Below, in pieces: positions 45,901 to 55,654 of a stretch of DNA of 64,000 nucleotides (position 1 is its first letter; the number at the start of each line of letters is the position of its first letter). Made by a program: the position numbers and the translations under genes. The DNA lies in IMG/VR virus record IMGVR_UViG_3300020050_012045, positions 1-64,000 of that record. One strand, written 5' to 3'. The notes beneath the pieces were generated by a model. That model saw only the letters and a list, made by a program, of their open reading frames with translations, was not told the origin of the DNA and searched no databases. The stretch is from a virus (taxonomy: Duplodnaviria > Caudoviricetes).

Positions 45901-47820
45901 TTAGACCTTGTTGATCTTAACGACTTGGCTCGTCAACTGTTCAAAGGTTTTAAGATCGGTGCGCGAGTTTCGGGCTTTAGACAGGCTTTCGTATTCTGGT
46001 GGGCCGAAGGTGATCTCAACTGAAGGGTCAGTTTGGAATTTACCGGGCGCATCACCGGACTGATCAAAGGTATCGAGGGGGACTCCGTGTGAAAGAGAAA
46101 GCGAGGTAGAGAACATCTTCTCGCCTCCAGGTATGATTCCGCCAGAATGAGAGACTGATTCAATGTGAAACATAAGGCCATTGATAATGGCATTATCGCC
46201 GTGAGAAATCGGAAGCTGAACACCCTCAAGGTCAACATTCCCCGACAGTCTCAGATGGGAGTCAAGCAGGATGTCGCCCATGATTGAGGTGTACACTCTG
46301 GAACGATTCTCTTTAGCGGTCACCGTTCGATCGAAGGCTTGAGCGGTGACTTTTTGAACGTATCTTCGTAATCCGTTACGTGCGATATCAGCAGGGATGG
46401 ATGCCGGTGGGGCAAAAATTCTCTGGGAAGATAGATTCTGTTGCTCGTTAGACGAAAACTTATCCCCAGACTCGATTTGTACCGAGTTAAAGCGAGCATT
46501 ATCGGAGCGACCAACATCAAAAGATGTCACGCGGGCCATGTCAATCTGCCATGCTGGGTAAGCAGAGAACGGCGTAAGCTTAACTCCTTTTGGGGCTAAA
46601 TTGTTTGTCAGGTCTTCAGAGGTTAAGGGGTTGGTCCTGATCACAATAGACGGCAAGAGTCTGCCGGTGCCTGGCTCGGGGCGAAGAGCTGTGTACATCT
46701 CATTGATTGGCTCGTTGATGTAGCCTCGCATAATGCTCCAGCAACTTTGCCCAGAAATGTCGAAAGTTGACGGATTAACCTTGTCGTTGAACTCTTCGGT
46801 GGTGAGATACGTATTTCCACGAATCCGATTAGCCAGCTTTGGGATAAGCGGACCCCATGGAGTGGGAGTTGTGAAGTCGGCACCGTCACTTCTGAAGGTG
46901 TTACCAGGAGAAGCGTATGTCTGACGTCCCGAATAGTACCTGTGGATGTCATCTACCGAACTAGCCTGAGGTAGATTAAGTATGTCGCCGAGGATTTGAG
47001 GGATCTTAAACTTTGTGACCAGGGTAGCCTTAAGCGGATCGTTAGTCTTACTATCGATTGTCTTCGGATCGGATCCAAGAATAATGCTACCGAGAGTGGG
47101 GACTAGTTTCGTAATGTTAACAAACCCTTGGTTGTCTCCCTTGCCAGAAAACAAAACATCAAGACCTACGCCAAAGTCTTCAAGGAACTGAGTGTACGTC
47201 TGGTAGCTAAACGCCAAAACCGGATCATAGAACAAAACAGAATTCATTTCAGTAAATGAAGCTGCACTTACAGCATAGCTAGCTTCAATTTCACCACCTG
47301 GTGAGCGCTGAACAGATTGACGAATAGATGTCAACCGACCGATAAATTTTAAGCCGGAGTCAAAATCGTTCAGACTGAATTCTTCCTCTGTGGTACCGAG
47401 GTCGGGATAATCTGAATCAATTAGCAGCTGATACTTTGAGCGAATAGCTCCAAGAGTTTTTTCGTACGAAGCTTTGTCCTCAAAGCACCAGAATAGGCAC
47501 CAGTCGCCGGGCATGATCTTCTGAAGCCAGTTATGTTGTCCGTATCTAAGGGTCATCGACAGTCCACCCATTGGGGAAGACTTGTTGGTTGTTACAGACC
47601 ACCGATTGATTTCGTCATCAAGAACGTAGATGCCGTCGATTTTGGTGGGATTCTTTTGGGACTCAGAGGTTCCACAATCGAGAAAAGTAGGGCCGCCCGT
47701 ATCGGCAAGTTTTGAACGAGCCAACGGATCCACGATCGCGTATGGAAGGATAACTGCCAACCAGTACGCTTGCTGAGTGTGGACATCTGAATGATGATTA
47801 TCAATCTGGATGACGTTCAT
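45901..47820 (-). CDS. Baseplate hub protein
   Basis: Follows tape measure; FIGR, NEMY, I.RNGLR, FHIESVSH. Confidence 0.65.
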   Translation of the reverse strand: MNVIQIDNHHSDVHTQQAYWLAVILPYAIVDPLARSKLADTGGPTFLDCGTSESQKNPTKIDGIYVLDDEINRWSVTTNKSSPMGGLSMTLRYGQHNWLQKIMPGDWCLFWCFEDKASYEKTLGAIRSKYQLLIDSDYPDLGTTEEEFSLNDFDSGLKFIGRLTSIRQSVQRSPGGEIEASYAVSAASFTEMNSVLFYDPVLAFSYQTYTQFLEDFGVGLDVLFSGKGDNQGFVNITKLVPTLGSIILGSDPKTIDSKTNDPLKATLVTKFKIPQILGDILNLPQASSVDDIHRYYSGRQTYASPGNTFRSDGADFTTPTPWGPLIPKLANRIRGNTYLTTEEFNDKVNPSTFDISGQSCWSIMRGYINEPINEMYTALRPEPGTGRLLPSIVIRTNPLTSEDLTNNLAPKGVKLTPFSAYPAWQIDMARVTSFDVGRSDNARFNSVQIESGDKFSSNEQQNLSSQRIFAPPASIPADIARNGLRRYVQKVTAQAFDRTVTAKENRSRVYTSIMGDILLDSHLRLSGNVDLEGVQLPISHGDNAIINGLMFHIESVSHSGGIIPGGEKMFSTSLSLSHGVPLDTFDQSGDAPGKFQTDPSVEITFGPPEYESLSKARNSRTDLKTFEQLTSQVVKINKV

Positions 47821-50297
47821 TTATTGTCCGCGCGAGCAGGGCGATATGGTTGCCCCTGTGGGGCCGCTTGAACATCAGCCGGCATATTCTTTTTCATTTC
47901 GTTAATAGCCTTAACAGCTTCCTTGCCAGCCAATCTAGCGAGGGCATCTGTCGCCATATTAGAGGCTGAGGTCATTACAGCCAATTGAAGTCCAGCAGCT
48001 GCTGCGTTCTCATTAAGGATATTAAGCATTTTCTGATTTGCATCACCCGGAGCGCCAGCTTCTTCTGTTAGTCGTTTGTAGCTAGCCGCTCCAGCCGCAA
48101 AAACATCCCCAACGGTTTTTAGCGTAGTCGATAAGGTCTTCAGGTCTGTCATCATGTTCTGCACCTGCATATTGATAGCGCTGGTTGCAGTTCCTGATAC
48201 CTGATTCTTAAGACCTCCCTTACCTGCGTTAAAGGAATCAAGATCCGACAATCCACCGATTGAGCGCATCCCACCCTCAAAGTCCATTAGGTCGCCACCG
48301 CCGAGCCGAGACTTACCAAGAGCCGCCGCATCGCGTTGAGCGCCTTCGTTCCCCTTAAGGGCTGCAAAGAGATCGCCACCTGTGCCTTCAAGGAGTTTAG
48401 CGAGCCGTTTAGCTGGAGCCGAGTTGCCGGAAGAAAGAACAGAACCGAGTCGCTTAGATCGATCGGCTAGCGCTTTTTGTGCCTGACCTTGGCCAATGCC
48501 AAAAATAGACAGGGAGTTATTTGGATCTTGCTTGCCACTAGCCGCTGACGCAAGATCTGCAAATGAAGCATTAGCAAGGGTTTCGATCTCTTCAATTGAG
48601 GATCCGTCACCCATGATAGTTGACGCCGAACCAAGGTTGCGAGACGCCATGAATGGGTTTGATTGTTGGATTCTATCCATCAAACCAACACCGCGAATGT
48701 TTTCGTCGATTCTTCGGCCAGCACCAGGACCACGACCAACGTCAGAGGAATACAGTGCCCCCAGAGTATTCCCGGTCATGCCGTTTGCGCCAATAGTGTT
48801 GGCGGCGACCGCTTCGCCGATCTTTTGAAAGAAGGTGATGTCCGCTTCCTTCAGGCCATTCTTCATGCCGGAGGCGATTACTTTTTCAAGCAGTTGGGTT
48901 CCGGATCCACCCGTTTCGGCCATGCGGCCAAGAATTCCACCAGCCGCCTGGGAATCAAACCCCTTATTGGTTAACCCCATCACTTGAGGAGTTAGGTGTT
49001 GAGCTTCGCGATCTCCAAATTGACCACGTAACGCCCCGGACATTGCAACTGTTTGACCAGCGTCAAAACCCATCCCGCCGCCACGTGAAATCATTCTGAG
49101 AGCAGCAGAATCACCGCCCATTGTGCGAGATGCATGAGCACGAAGTCCGGCAGTGGCTTTGCCAACCTCCAATCCCTCAATAGCTGCTCTATTTTTTGCC
49201 GTTTGTGACATCAGGGATAGTGAGTGACTACCCTCTTCACCGGCCATAGCCATAGCTTCGCCAGATTGAATTTTTTGCTCAAGCATCTGTTGTTGTTGCT
49301 TGTTGTTGGCTAACCCGGAAAAGCCAGAGCTAGCTAGCCCCCCACCTAATCCGGCTGCAAATGGAGCCCCGATACCTGTTGCTGCTCCAGCTGCTCCAAT
49401 CGCCACTCCACCAACTATTTTGGCGGCATTCATTATGCCACCTGAGGTGTTCTGCATGACAGCGCCCTTGAGCTTGTCATCAATATTCGTTGTATCGTCA
49501 AGGGTTCTGTTGAGAACTCCTAATCCATTCCCTACGATATTTCGCTGGACAGAACCGTCTGGATTTAATCCTTGTTTGCCGTCACCAAAACCAACGGTAT
49601 TGCCCATGACAATACCTAGTTGGCCAGATTTAGCCATTGCTCGGGCGCTGTTGTACCCACTTTCGGATCGGTTGGAGTTTTCTAGTCCCCCAAACTTAGA
49701 GGCTGTAGCGTAATCACCGGCACCACTTACTAAGCCACCAAAGGTTCCCCATGCCGCACCAACAGCTCCAAGGCCGCCAGCCACATTCGCCCAATTTACG
49801 TTAGGTTTCCAGGTGGGTGCGCCTGGACCAACGAAACCGTTACCCATGCCAGAGCCGAGGTTCCCCCCGCCGCTACCATTAGCCGAGATAGCTCCTGGCG
49901 GCGCCCCGTAACCAATCATCCCGCCGCCACCACCATATCGGGCCAAACCCATCCCGCCGTTGGATCCGGCGCTGCCAGTCCATCCGCCAGATTGAGGAAT
50001 CCGAGCTAAGGTGCGTGAGTAGTTATTGAGGGTCGCCTGTCCGCCCTGGCTAAGTTCCTTATGGAATCCCTGAGCTTCCTTAGTTAGTCCGGCAAGTGCC
50101 CCACGGATACTGTCCAGATGTTTAGAAAACGAATCTGGGTGGTTCTGGTTGGATTGTTTGCCGATAGATACCGTAGCTAACGAGGCGGATAATTTACTGG
50201 CTTGCTGTGTCAGAGCCGCCATTTGAGCTTCTAGGTCTTTGAAGCCCTTATTGTCGGACTTCATGACGATATTTAGTGATAGTTCTTTTTCTGACAC
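47817..50297 (-). CDS. Tail tape measure protein
   Basis: 826 aa Gly/Ala-rich helical protein after two chaperone-sized genes. Confidence 0.75.
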   Translation of the reverse strand: MSEKELSLNIVMKSDNKGFKDLEAQMAALTQQASKLSASLATVSIGKQSNQNHPDSFSKHLDSIRGALAGLTKEAQGFHKELSQGGQATLNNYSRTLARIPQSGGWTGSAGSNGGMGLARYGGGGGMIGYGAPPGAISANGSGGGNLGSGMGNGFVGPGAPTWKPNVNWANVAGGLGAVGAAWGTFGGLVSGAGDYATASKFGGLENSNRSESGYNSARAMAKSGQLGIVMGNTVGFGDGKQGLNPDGSVQRNIVGNGLGVLNRTLDDTTNIDDKLKGAVMQNTSGGIMNAAKIVGGVAIGAAGAATGIGAPFAAGLGGGLASSGFSGLANNKQQQQMLEQKIQSGEAMAMAGEEGSHSLSLMSQTAKNRAAIEGLEVGKATAGLRAHASRTMGGDSAALRMISRGGGMGFDAGQTVAMSGALRGQFGDREAQHLTPQVMGLTNKGFDSQAAGGILGRMAETGGSGTQLLEKVIASGMKNGLKEADITFFQKIGEAVAANTIGANGMTGNTLGALYSSDVGRGPGAGRRIDENIRGVGLMDRIQQSNPFMASRNLGSASTIMGDGSSIEEIETLANASFADLASAASGKQDPNNSLSIFGIGQGQAQKALADRSKRLGSVLSSGNSAPAKRLAKLLEGTGGDLFAALKGNEGAQRDAAALGKSRLGGGDLMDFEGGMRSIGGLSDLDSFNAGKGGLKNQVSGTATSAINMQVQNMMTDLKTLSTTLKTVGDVFAAGAASYKRLTEEAGAPGDANQKMLNILNENAAAAGLQLAVMTSASNMATDALARLAGKEAVKAINEMKKNMPADVQAAPQGQPYRPARADNK

Positions 50298-50318
50298 AGG
50301 CTAACCTCGGGGTGGGGC

Positions 50319-50870
50319 TTAAAGATTGCTTTTGGGAATGCTCAGGCTATCCTCATCCAAACCCTCGCCAGATATGCTAAAGTCCTCAAACTCAGGGGGT
50401 GGGACCGCTTTTTCCACCAATGGGGCCGATTCCACCGCTTTTAAGGGGGAGGGCAGGGATTCTGGTACCCCCTCGAACGCTGTTTCTATCGCCTTGGAGA
50501 TTTCGGCCCCGTCTTTGGCATTGCTTACAATTTCTTTAAGCGACGCCTTAGGTTTGAGCTTTGCTGCAATGATCTCCATTTGAGTCGCGATTTCGGAGTC
50601 TTCGTCCTTGAGGCGTTTTGCTCTTTGTTCTGGGGTTTCCAGCAGATCACGGACGGTTTTGGCCCGTTCTTCGTGCTCCATTGACGAGTAATTCGATTCA
50701 AAATAATGGGTTAGGACGAAGTCGACAGGGAGGTCGTAAACAACGTGTAATGGGGTGTTAAACGACTCGGAATACCAGCGATGGACAGACCGTAAGAAAG
50801 CAGCCGAATCAGGCTGAATGACTGATTGCAGGGCCTTGATTTGGATGGTCTTGAGAAGATCGCTGGCCAT
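50319..50870 (-). CDS. Putative tail assembly chaperone (T-like)
   Basis: Position before tape measure; RWYS..F.TPL. Confidence 0.55.
   Translation of the reverse strand: MASDLLKTIQIKALQSVIQPDSAAFLRSVHRWYSESFNTPLHVVYDLPVDFVLTHYFESNYSSMEHEERAKTVRDLLETPEQRAKRLKDEDSEIATQMEIIAAKLKPKASLKEIVSNAKDGAEISKAIETAFEGVPESLPSPLKAVESAPLVEKAVPPPEFEDFSISGEGLDEDSLSIPKSNL
50322..50328 (-). promoter_or_regulatory. CAATCTT motif (putative late promoter)
   Basis: In the last codons of the upstream gene, 24 nt before the tape measure GTG. Confidence 0.6.
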
Positions 50871-50875
50871 TCAAC

Positions 50876-51271
50876 TTACAAAGCTTCTTTGGTTGTTTCT
50901 GCCTTTAGAGCTTCTTTTTGTTCTGGGGTAAGCTCTTTTTCACTAACAGCGTCGTTCTGGACCTTTTGAATACCTTTCCACACTTCAACCAGAAGATTCT
51001 CATCCACGAGGTCCAGGCCATTGCCGTATTCACTCCACCATGACGGAGCCTTAGTAATACTGACGTGACAGTCAGCGAGTGCGGTTGCTCGGGACTTCTC
51101 TTCGGACGTCTCAGCATTTGGGCCGAGATATTCACGCTTCCAGCGGTCGCGTGCCAGCATCTGGCGATGGCTAAGGAAACGTACAGCCCGGAACGAGCCC
51201 TTGTACGTTTCCTTGGTTTTGTCGCCTACTACGTGGATGTCAAATGGGGAATCTTCGGTCAGTGCAGCCAT
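50876..51271 (-). CDS. Putative tail assembly chaperone (G-like)
   Basis: Position; Y.G.F, AP.WW, D..L motifs. Confidence 0.6.
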   Translation of the reverse strand: MAALTEDSPFDIHVVGDKTKETYKGSFRAVRFLSHRQMLARDRWKREYLGPNAETSEEKSRATALADCHVSITKAPSWWSEYGNGLDLVDENLLVEVWKGIQKVQNDAVSEKELTPEQKEALKAETTKEAL

Positions 51272-51392
51272 GATAATTTCCTTGATTGTTGAATTAGCTC
51301 TAAGCTACAATAGCGTAGAGTCAAAACTGCCATTTTAATGACAGATAATTGCGTAAATTGGTTGGAATTGTGCCATTAAGATGGCAAGAAAG

Positions 51393-51399
51393 AAGATTG
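51393..51399 (-). promoter_or_regulatory. CAATCTT motif (putative late promoter)
   Basis: At the far end of the intergenic region upstream of the tail chaperone operon. Confidence 0.55.
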
Positions 51400-51400
51400 C

Positions 51401-51607
51401 GTGCGAAATCCAGACAGAATCGGACCATTTGTCGCTAAGCTGGCTGAGCTGTGGGCGGATTCACCTGATTTGCGGTTTGGGCAAGTTGTATCCATGCTTG
51501 AGTGCTACCTACCTAAGGGGGTGGATGGATTCACCTGTGAAGACCCACAATGGGAGACCGCGATGCAGGTAGCGATTAACCAGATTCGATTCAGCAAGGT
51601 GGTTTGA
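51401..51607 (+). CDS. YihD/DUF1040-like small protein
   Basis: MRNPDRI...L..LW...PDLRFGQ. Confidence 0.65.
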   Translation: MRNPDRIGPFVAKLAELWADSPDLRFGQVVSMLECYLPKGVDGFTCEDPQWETAMQVAINQIRFSKVV

Positions 51608-51610
51608 AAA

Positions 51611-52000
51611 GTGACTCATTCCATCCTTCTAACTCGATCTGAGCATCACTCGTTGCGTTTCCTGGTGGAGTATATCCAACGGCTGGCCATCGGGCGTTTC
51701 ATTGATACTGGAATGTTGGCCTTTGAGGACAAAATAGAGCTGATTATTAAGGCTTGCGAAGAGACAGGTCAGCTAAAGCAAGCCTTGAAGCAGAAATACG
51801 GTGCGTCATACCTATGCGACTTCGAGCCCCAACAGATATCTAACTTGGTTGAGATGATTGGAACTCTGACCCAAGAAGAAGTTGCAGAGTTTGTAACGCC
51901 TGAGCTAATTGAAGTGCTCGGAACCAGAGAATCCAGGCTTCAGTTCATTCAGAAACTGTCAATTGAGCCGCCAGAAGCCCCACCTGTCCGCCTGGATTAG
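51611..52000 (+). CDS. hypothetical protein
   Basis: 129-aa ORF. Confidence 0.6.
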   Translation: MTHSILLTRSEHHSLRFLVEYIQRLAIGRFIDTGMLAFEDKIELIIKACEETGQLKQALKQKYGASYLCDFEPQQISNLVEMIGTLTQEEVAEFVTPELIEVLGTRESRLQFIQKLSIEPPEAPPVRLD

Positions 52001-52194
52001 AACTCGAAGGTAATGACGCCACGATGCTCAACTGGCAAGTCTGGCTTGTCGGTTGGAATCTCTTCTAATGGCGGCTGTGGCAGTGGAAGCTGCAAGAACG
52101 GACGATCGTCTTTCTTGGGGCGAGTTCGCTCCAACCAGTCAATCATTGCGTCCAGGTCAGCCGCGTCACCCATAGATCCAAGATTGTTGGCCAT
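51997..52194 (-). CDS. small hypothetical protein
   Basis: GCTATTA-N6-ATG and TTGACT 35 nt upstream; RPFLQLPLP..RGVITFEF. Confidence 0.6.
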   Translation of the reverse strand: MANNLGSMGDAADLDAMIDWLERTRPKKDDRPFLQLPLPQPPLEEIPTDKPDLPVEHRGVITFEF

Positions 52195-52260
52195 GGCTAA
52201 TAATAGCTCTTTATAAAGACCAAAGTCAATACCCTGCCGAACTTATTTCAACAAACTTGT

Positions 52261-52289
52261 TTGACATTGAAATTTCTATGTGGCAGGAT
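52261..52289 (+). promoter_or_regulatory. sigma70-like promoter
   Basis: TTGACA-N17-CAGGAT; leader hairpin GGGC/GCCC and SD GGAG. Confidence 0.55.
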
Positions 52290-52325
52290 GTCTGAAGTCG
52301 GGCAATTAAGCCCTTGGAGTTACGA

Positions 52326-52547
52326 ATGAATAATTATGTGAAGTTCCCAGTCTCGAAGACGTTGTTGAACCGCTTGAATGTCACGGAAGGTAAGTTTGTT
52401 CAGTTGGTGAACTCAAACAAGCCAACCCGTGAATTGTCGAGTCAAACTGGTGCGTCGCAACGTACCATTCAAGAGAAGCGCCAGTTGGTGAAGCGTGAGC
52501 GTCAGAACCGCAAGAGCACGCCAACAACTACGCCGACCTCATTCTAA
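52326..52547 (+). CDS. small basic HTH-like protein
   Basis: PTRELSSQTGASQRTIQEKR. Confidence 0.55.
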   Translation: MNNYVKFPVSKTLLNRLNVTEGKFVQLVNSNKPTRELSSQTGASQRTIQEKRQLVKRERQNRKSTPTTTPTSF

Positions 52548-53297
52548 GCTATCCGCCTCTTCCAGCCCACGCTGACGAGTCCATTCGTCATACCCTTCGT
52601 ACTTATAAGTCAAGTTGCCAGCTGAACTAAAAGAATAGTTTGGTGGGCAGATTGACGGAGAACATCTACAGTTAGGATGTTCGCCCGCTAAACTAGGGAT
52701 ACCACTACCCTTTTTGTGGTACCCCTTGGAGATTTCAGACATCTTCCAAACTCGGGGTGTGACGCCATCAGGGAGCATATGCAAGGACAAGCACTCCCCG
52801 CAGCACTTGCCGTCACGGACGATTACAAAGAACAATGTTGGATCATCGATCCCGATCTTGGCAGCTGTGTGAACCACACCCTCAAAAGCCCCAGTCGACC
52901 GAGCCCGTTGAGCCTCGCTGTCAACTACTCTCTTGACCTCGAACTCAGCCTTATCCAAAATCCCCTGGACCATTTCGGTCAGGTTGACTTCGCTGTCATC
53001 TTTTTTAGTCTTCTCTTGGGTAATCAGGGTGTGGCGAAGGTCAGCTTCCATTCCGGTCTTGACGGCATCAAGGTAAGCCTGAGCTACCTCAATCAACGAG
53101 TCTTCGGTAGTTGGGTCAGGGTAACCGCCATGAGCACGAACTGATTCCCGGTACAGAGCGGGCAGAGAGTCGTACCCAATGTTCAGGCTGTTCTTCTCGG
53201 TCGGAAGAAACTGCTGGGTGATGACATCAAACATGTCCTTGATATAGCTGACTACCTTTTGGAACTGATGGCCTGGGCGTGGGTTTTTAGGTGGCAT
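52539..53297 (-). CDS. Head morphogenesis protein (MuF/SPP1 gp7-like)
   Basis: CxxC...HPNCRC; GCTATTA-N6-ATG upstream (53304-53310). Confidence 0.75.
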   Translation of the reverse strand: MPPKNPRPGHQFQKVVSYIKDMFDVITQQFLPTEKNSLNIGYDSLPALYRESVRAHGGYPDPTTEDSLIEVAQAYLDAVKTGMEADLRHTLITQEKTKKDDSEVNLTEMVQGILDKAEFEVKRVVDSEAQRARSTGAFEGVVHTAAKIGIDDPTLFFVIVRDGKCCGECLSLHMLPDGVTPRVWKMSEISKGYHKKGSGIPSLAGEHPNCRCSPSICPPNYSFSSAGNLTYKYEGYDEWTRQRGLEEADSLE

Positions 53298-53386
53298 AAG
53301 TTGTAATAGCCCTGAAACGATTTATTTTTAAATTGTTTAGCAATATTAACTAGATAGCTAGATTCGTGAATAGATACTTGAAACGA

Positions 53387-54235
53387 TTATCGTGGCCCAA
53401 ATCCACCCTTACGAACAGTCGGAACATCACGGACAGAGGCGTTCTCATCGTCCTTGGCCCGGTCTTCGTTCTGAAACACCCATTCGCGCTGAAGCTCTAG
53501 CTGGAATGGTCCACGAACCAGATTGACTTCACCAGTGACGACATTAACGTCTTTGTTGACTCGAATCTCATGCAGGATGCGGCTAACCGAGTAATACGGA
53601 ATGTATTGGTAACGGATTGAGCAGGTCACACCCCGACCGAGAACAGGGTCATACCCAGGGGATTTACCTGGGCGCCAGACGATGTTTCCGTTGGTGACTT
53701 CAAAGTCAACCCCTTGTCGGTACTTCTTGCCCCTAGCGTCCTTAAGAAGCTGAACAGATGTTACAGGGAAAATCATCCGGTCAGTACCAGACTGGTGATG
53801 CTCGAATTTCTGGCTGTTCGACACTCGGACAGGGTTGTCCTTGATGTAAACCCGATCTGCCACCTGGAACACAACCGGACAGTCGCAGTCGTGACCGTCA
53901 AAGCGCTTGTTGTAAAACCTCTGGACGGTCAAGTACGCCTTGGATTCATCGAAGATGCCGGCGTCCTTCCAGTCCTGGGAAGTTCCGTTGGAATAAAACC
54001 AACCCTCGGTTTCGCCAACGGTGTCAAAACTCATTCCGCCTGAACAGGTAGAGTGATTAGCATGAGGGCGAATGTCATCTGGAGATATTGACTCCTCGAC
54101 ACAGTAACTCATTGCTTCGTGAATGATTTCGACGCCATGAGACCTGATGAGATTGTCAAAAGCGTCGTTGTCAAACGAGACCGCCTCGAACGGAATTTTT
54201 ATATCGTGTCTTGTTGGATCTGGACGTTTCGCCAT
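53387..54235 (-). CDS. Head closure/neck-like structural protein
   Basis: FD.LI..HG, Y..GVDF.V..G.I.W, SIRY...P; late motif upstream. Confidence 0.55.
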   Translation of the reverse strand: MAKRPDPTRHDIKIPFEAVSFDNDAFDNLIRSHGVEIIHEAMSYCVEESISPDDIRPHANHSTCSGGMSFDTVGETEGWFYSNGTSQDWKDAGIFDESKAYLTVQRFYNKRFDGHDCDCPVVFQVADRVYIKDNPVRVSNSQKFEHHQSGTDRMIFPVTSVQLLKDARGKKYRQGVDFEVTNGNIVWRPGKSPGYDPVLGRGVTCSIRYQYIPYYSVSRILHEIRVNKDVNVVTGEVNLVRGPFQLELQREWVFQNEDRAKDDENASVRDVPTVRKGGFGPR

Positions 54236-54241
54236 GGCGGA

Positions 54242-54248
54242 AAGATTG
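54242..54248 (-). promoter_or_regulatory. CAATCTT motif (putative late promoter), leaderless geometry
   Basis: CAATCTT-TCCGCC-ATG(54235). Confidence 0.7.
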
Positions 54249-54312
54249 TCTAAAAGACTTAACTATTGAATATTGTTGATGTATTTATCGGAGGAAAAGT
54301 ACAGTGTGGGTA

Positions 54313-54341
54313 TTGACATGACCGGCTAGGTGCGATAGAAT
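54313..54341 (+). promoter_or_regulatory. sigma70 promoter, leaderless geometry
   Basis: TTGACA-N17-TAGAAT-N6-ATG(54348). Confidence 0.8.
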
Positions 54342-54347
54342 GACGAC

Positions 54348-54638
54348 ATGACAAAGCTCTTTAATCTAACCACGACGATAGTGCAAGCAGCGAGCGAATT
54401 TGTTCCGGCAGGTTATGTGGTAGAGTTCGAGAGCAAAGTCAGTCGCTTGACGATTAAACGCGGCGAGTTCCACTCATGGATAACCTTAAATATTCACAAT
54501 TCAATTGATTTGAAGGAAATCGTAACCGAACAAGTCAAATTTGTTGACACGCTGTATATTCATGCCAAAACAGAGCACGAGAAAACCGGCTTAAAACTTC
54601 TTTCTTACGAGATGGCAGCAGAAAGTGAGCCCAAGTGA
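54348..54638 (+). CDS. hypothetical early protein
   Basis: ORF directly after promoter. Confidence 0.65.
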   Translation: MTKLFNLTTTIVQAASEFVPAGYVVEFESKVSRLTIKRGEFHSWITLNIHNSIDLKEIVTEQVKFVDTLYIHAKTEHEKTGLKLLSYEMAAESEPK

Positions 54639-55276
54639 AACCAATCATAACCGATTCGTTTGGCACCCGATATTACTCCCACGGGATTCCACCTATTGAG
54701 CTGACAGTCAAGGGTGAGGATAAAGTCGTGGCCTGGGCCTGTGGCAAGTGCAAGAACGTCAAGCACGAAGACTTCGTACTAGCTTGCTGTGCAGAGGGGC
54801 GCATTTGCTGCAAGCCGGGATGTGACGAAAGCACTGAATACTCACACCTTACAGTTTGCAACAAGCACCGGACCGAAAGTGAACGGGAGCGAGAGCAAGA
54901 AGTCTTCGATAAAGCCACCAAAGTGTCTTGGAAGGATTACCCAGACGGCTGGCTGTACTCAGAGCACTTTGGCAAGTATTTTGCCAGTTTTGAGGACTTG
55001 GCAATGGAGTTGTCTGACACAGACCCAGAAGACTGGCCAGAGTATGTTTACGGATGCGACAAAATGACGCTTCATATTGATGCTAGGGATGTTATCGAGA
55101 ACGCTACCCAGGACTTCTACGAAGACGCGATTGATGACCTAGACGAAGATAGTCTGCAAGTTAAGCTTGATCAGTGGGTGGAAGCTCAGAAGCTAGAGTC
55201 TTATGAAGCTAACTACAACGTCGCTGTCACTTTGGAAGGCTTTGAAGAGATGATCGGAGACTTGGACGTAGAGTAA
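54635..55276 (+). CDS. hypothetical Cys-rich/acidic phage protein
   Basis: WACGKC..CC..C..C N-terminus, acidic C-terminus. Confidence 0.7.
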   Translation: MKPIITDSFGTRYYSHGIPPIELTVKGEDKVVAWACGKCKNVKHEDFVLACCAEGRICCKPGCDESTEYSHLTVCNKHRTESEREREQEVFDKATKVSWKDYPDGWLYSEHFGKYFASFEDLAMELSDTDPEDWPEYVYGCDKMTLHIDARDVIENATQDFYEDAIDDLDEDSLQVKLDQWVEAQKLESYEANYNVAVTLEGFEEMIGDLDVE

Positions 55277-55585
55277 TTAGATCAGTGCGTTCATGCGGTC
55301 GGTCATTGCGCTGTATTCGCGAACAGCCTCAGCCGAGTGAGCTACAACTGACGCTTCGCTCTTGCTCAGCTCAGTAATCTCCAACTCAGGATGACGAGTT
55401 TTGGCTACGTGCTTGGCGATAGCTGGGTGGCCACCGATTCCAAGGATTTTGCCCACTTTGCCATCTTTTAGGCCGGTGTGAACGACGCCAAGGCCGCCCT
55501 TTGCCATCGAATAAAACGCTTCTTGGTTGCCTAACATACCGATTTTCTTCGGTTTATTTGCCATTTGTTTGCTGTCTAAGTCCAT
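55277..55585 (-). CDS. small putative late protein
   Basis: ATG 55585 with SD GAGG and CAATCTT at 55604-55610. Confidence 0.65.
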   Translation of the reverse strand: MDLDSKQMANKPKKIGMLGNQEAFYSMAKGGLGVVHTGLKDGKVGKILGIGGHPAIAKHVAKTRHPELEITELSKSEASVVAHSAEAVREYSAMTDRMNALI

Positions 55586-55603
55586 GTGATACCTCTGTCG
55601 AGA

Positions 55604-55610
55604 AAGATTG
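55604..55610 (-). promoter_or_regulatory. CAATCTT motif (putative late promoter)
   Basis: 18 nt upstream of ATG 55585. Confidence 0.7.
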
Positions 55611-55619
55611 CTATGGAGG

Positions 55620-55648
55620 TTGACATCATAGTGGGGTTTTGGTATTGA
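55620..55648 (+). promoter_or_regulatory. sigma70-like promoter, leaderless geometry
   Basis: TTGACA-N17-TATTGA-N6-ATG(55655). Confidence 0.7.
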
Positions 55649-55654
55649 TTGGGA

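Noticed and set aside
36190-49713. Many 60-140 aa ORFs antisense or out of frame within structural genes
   Set aside because: Shadow ORFs of long genes with no motifs or start signals
50860-50930. Programmed -1 frameshift joining the two tail chaperone ORFs
   Set aside because: The second ORF is in the -1 frame, but an in-frame TGA sits immediately before its ATG and no clear slippery heptamer is present
52180-52186. CAATCTT on - strand near 52180
   Set aside because: Lies inside the first codons of ORF 51997..52194 with no nearby downstream start; compatible with chance
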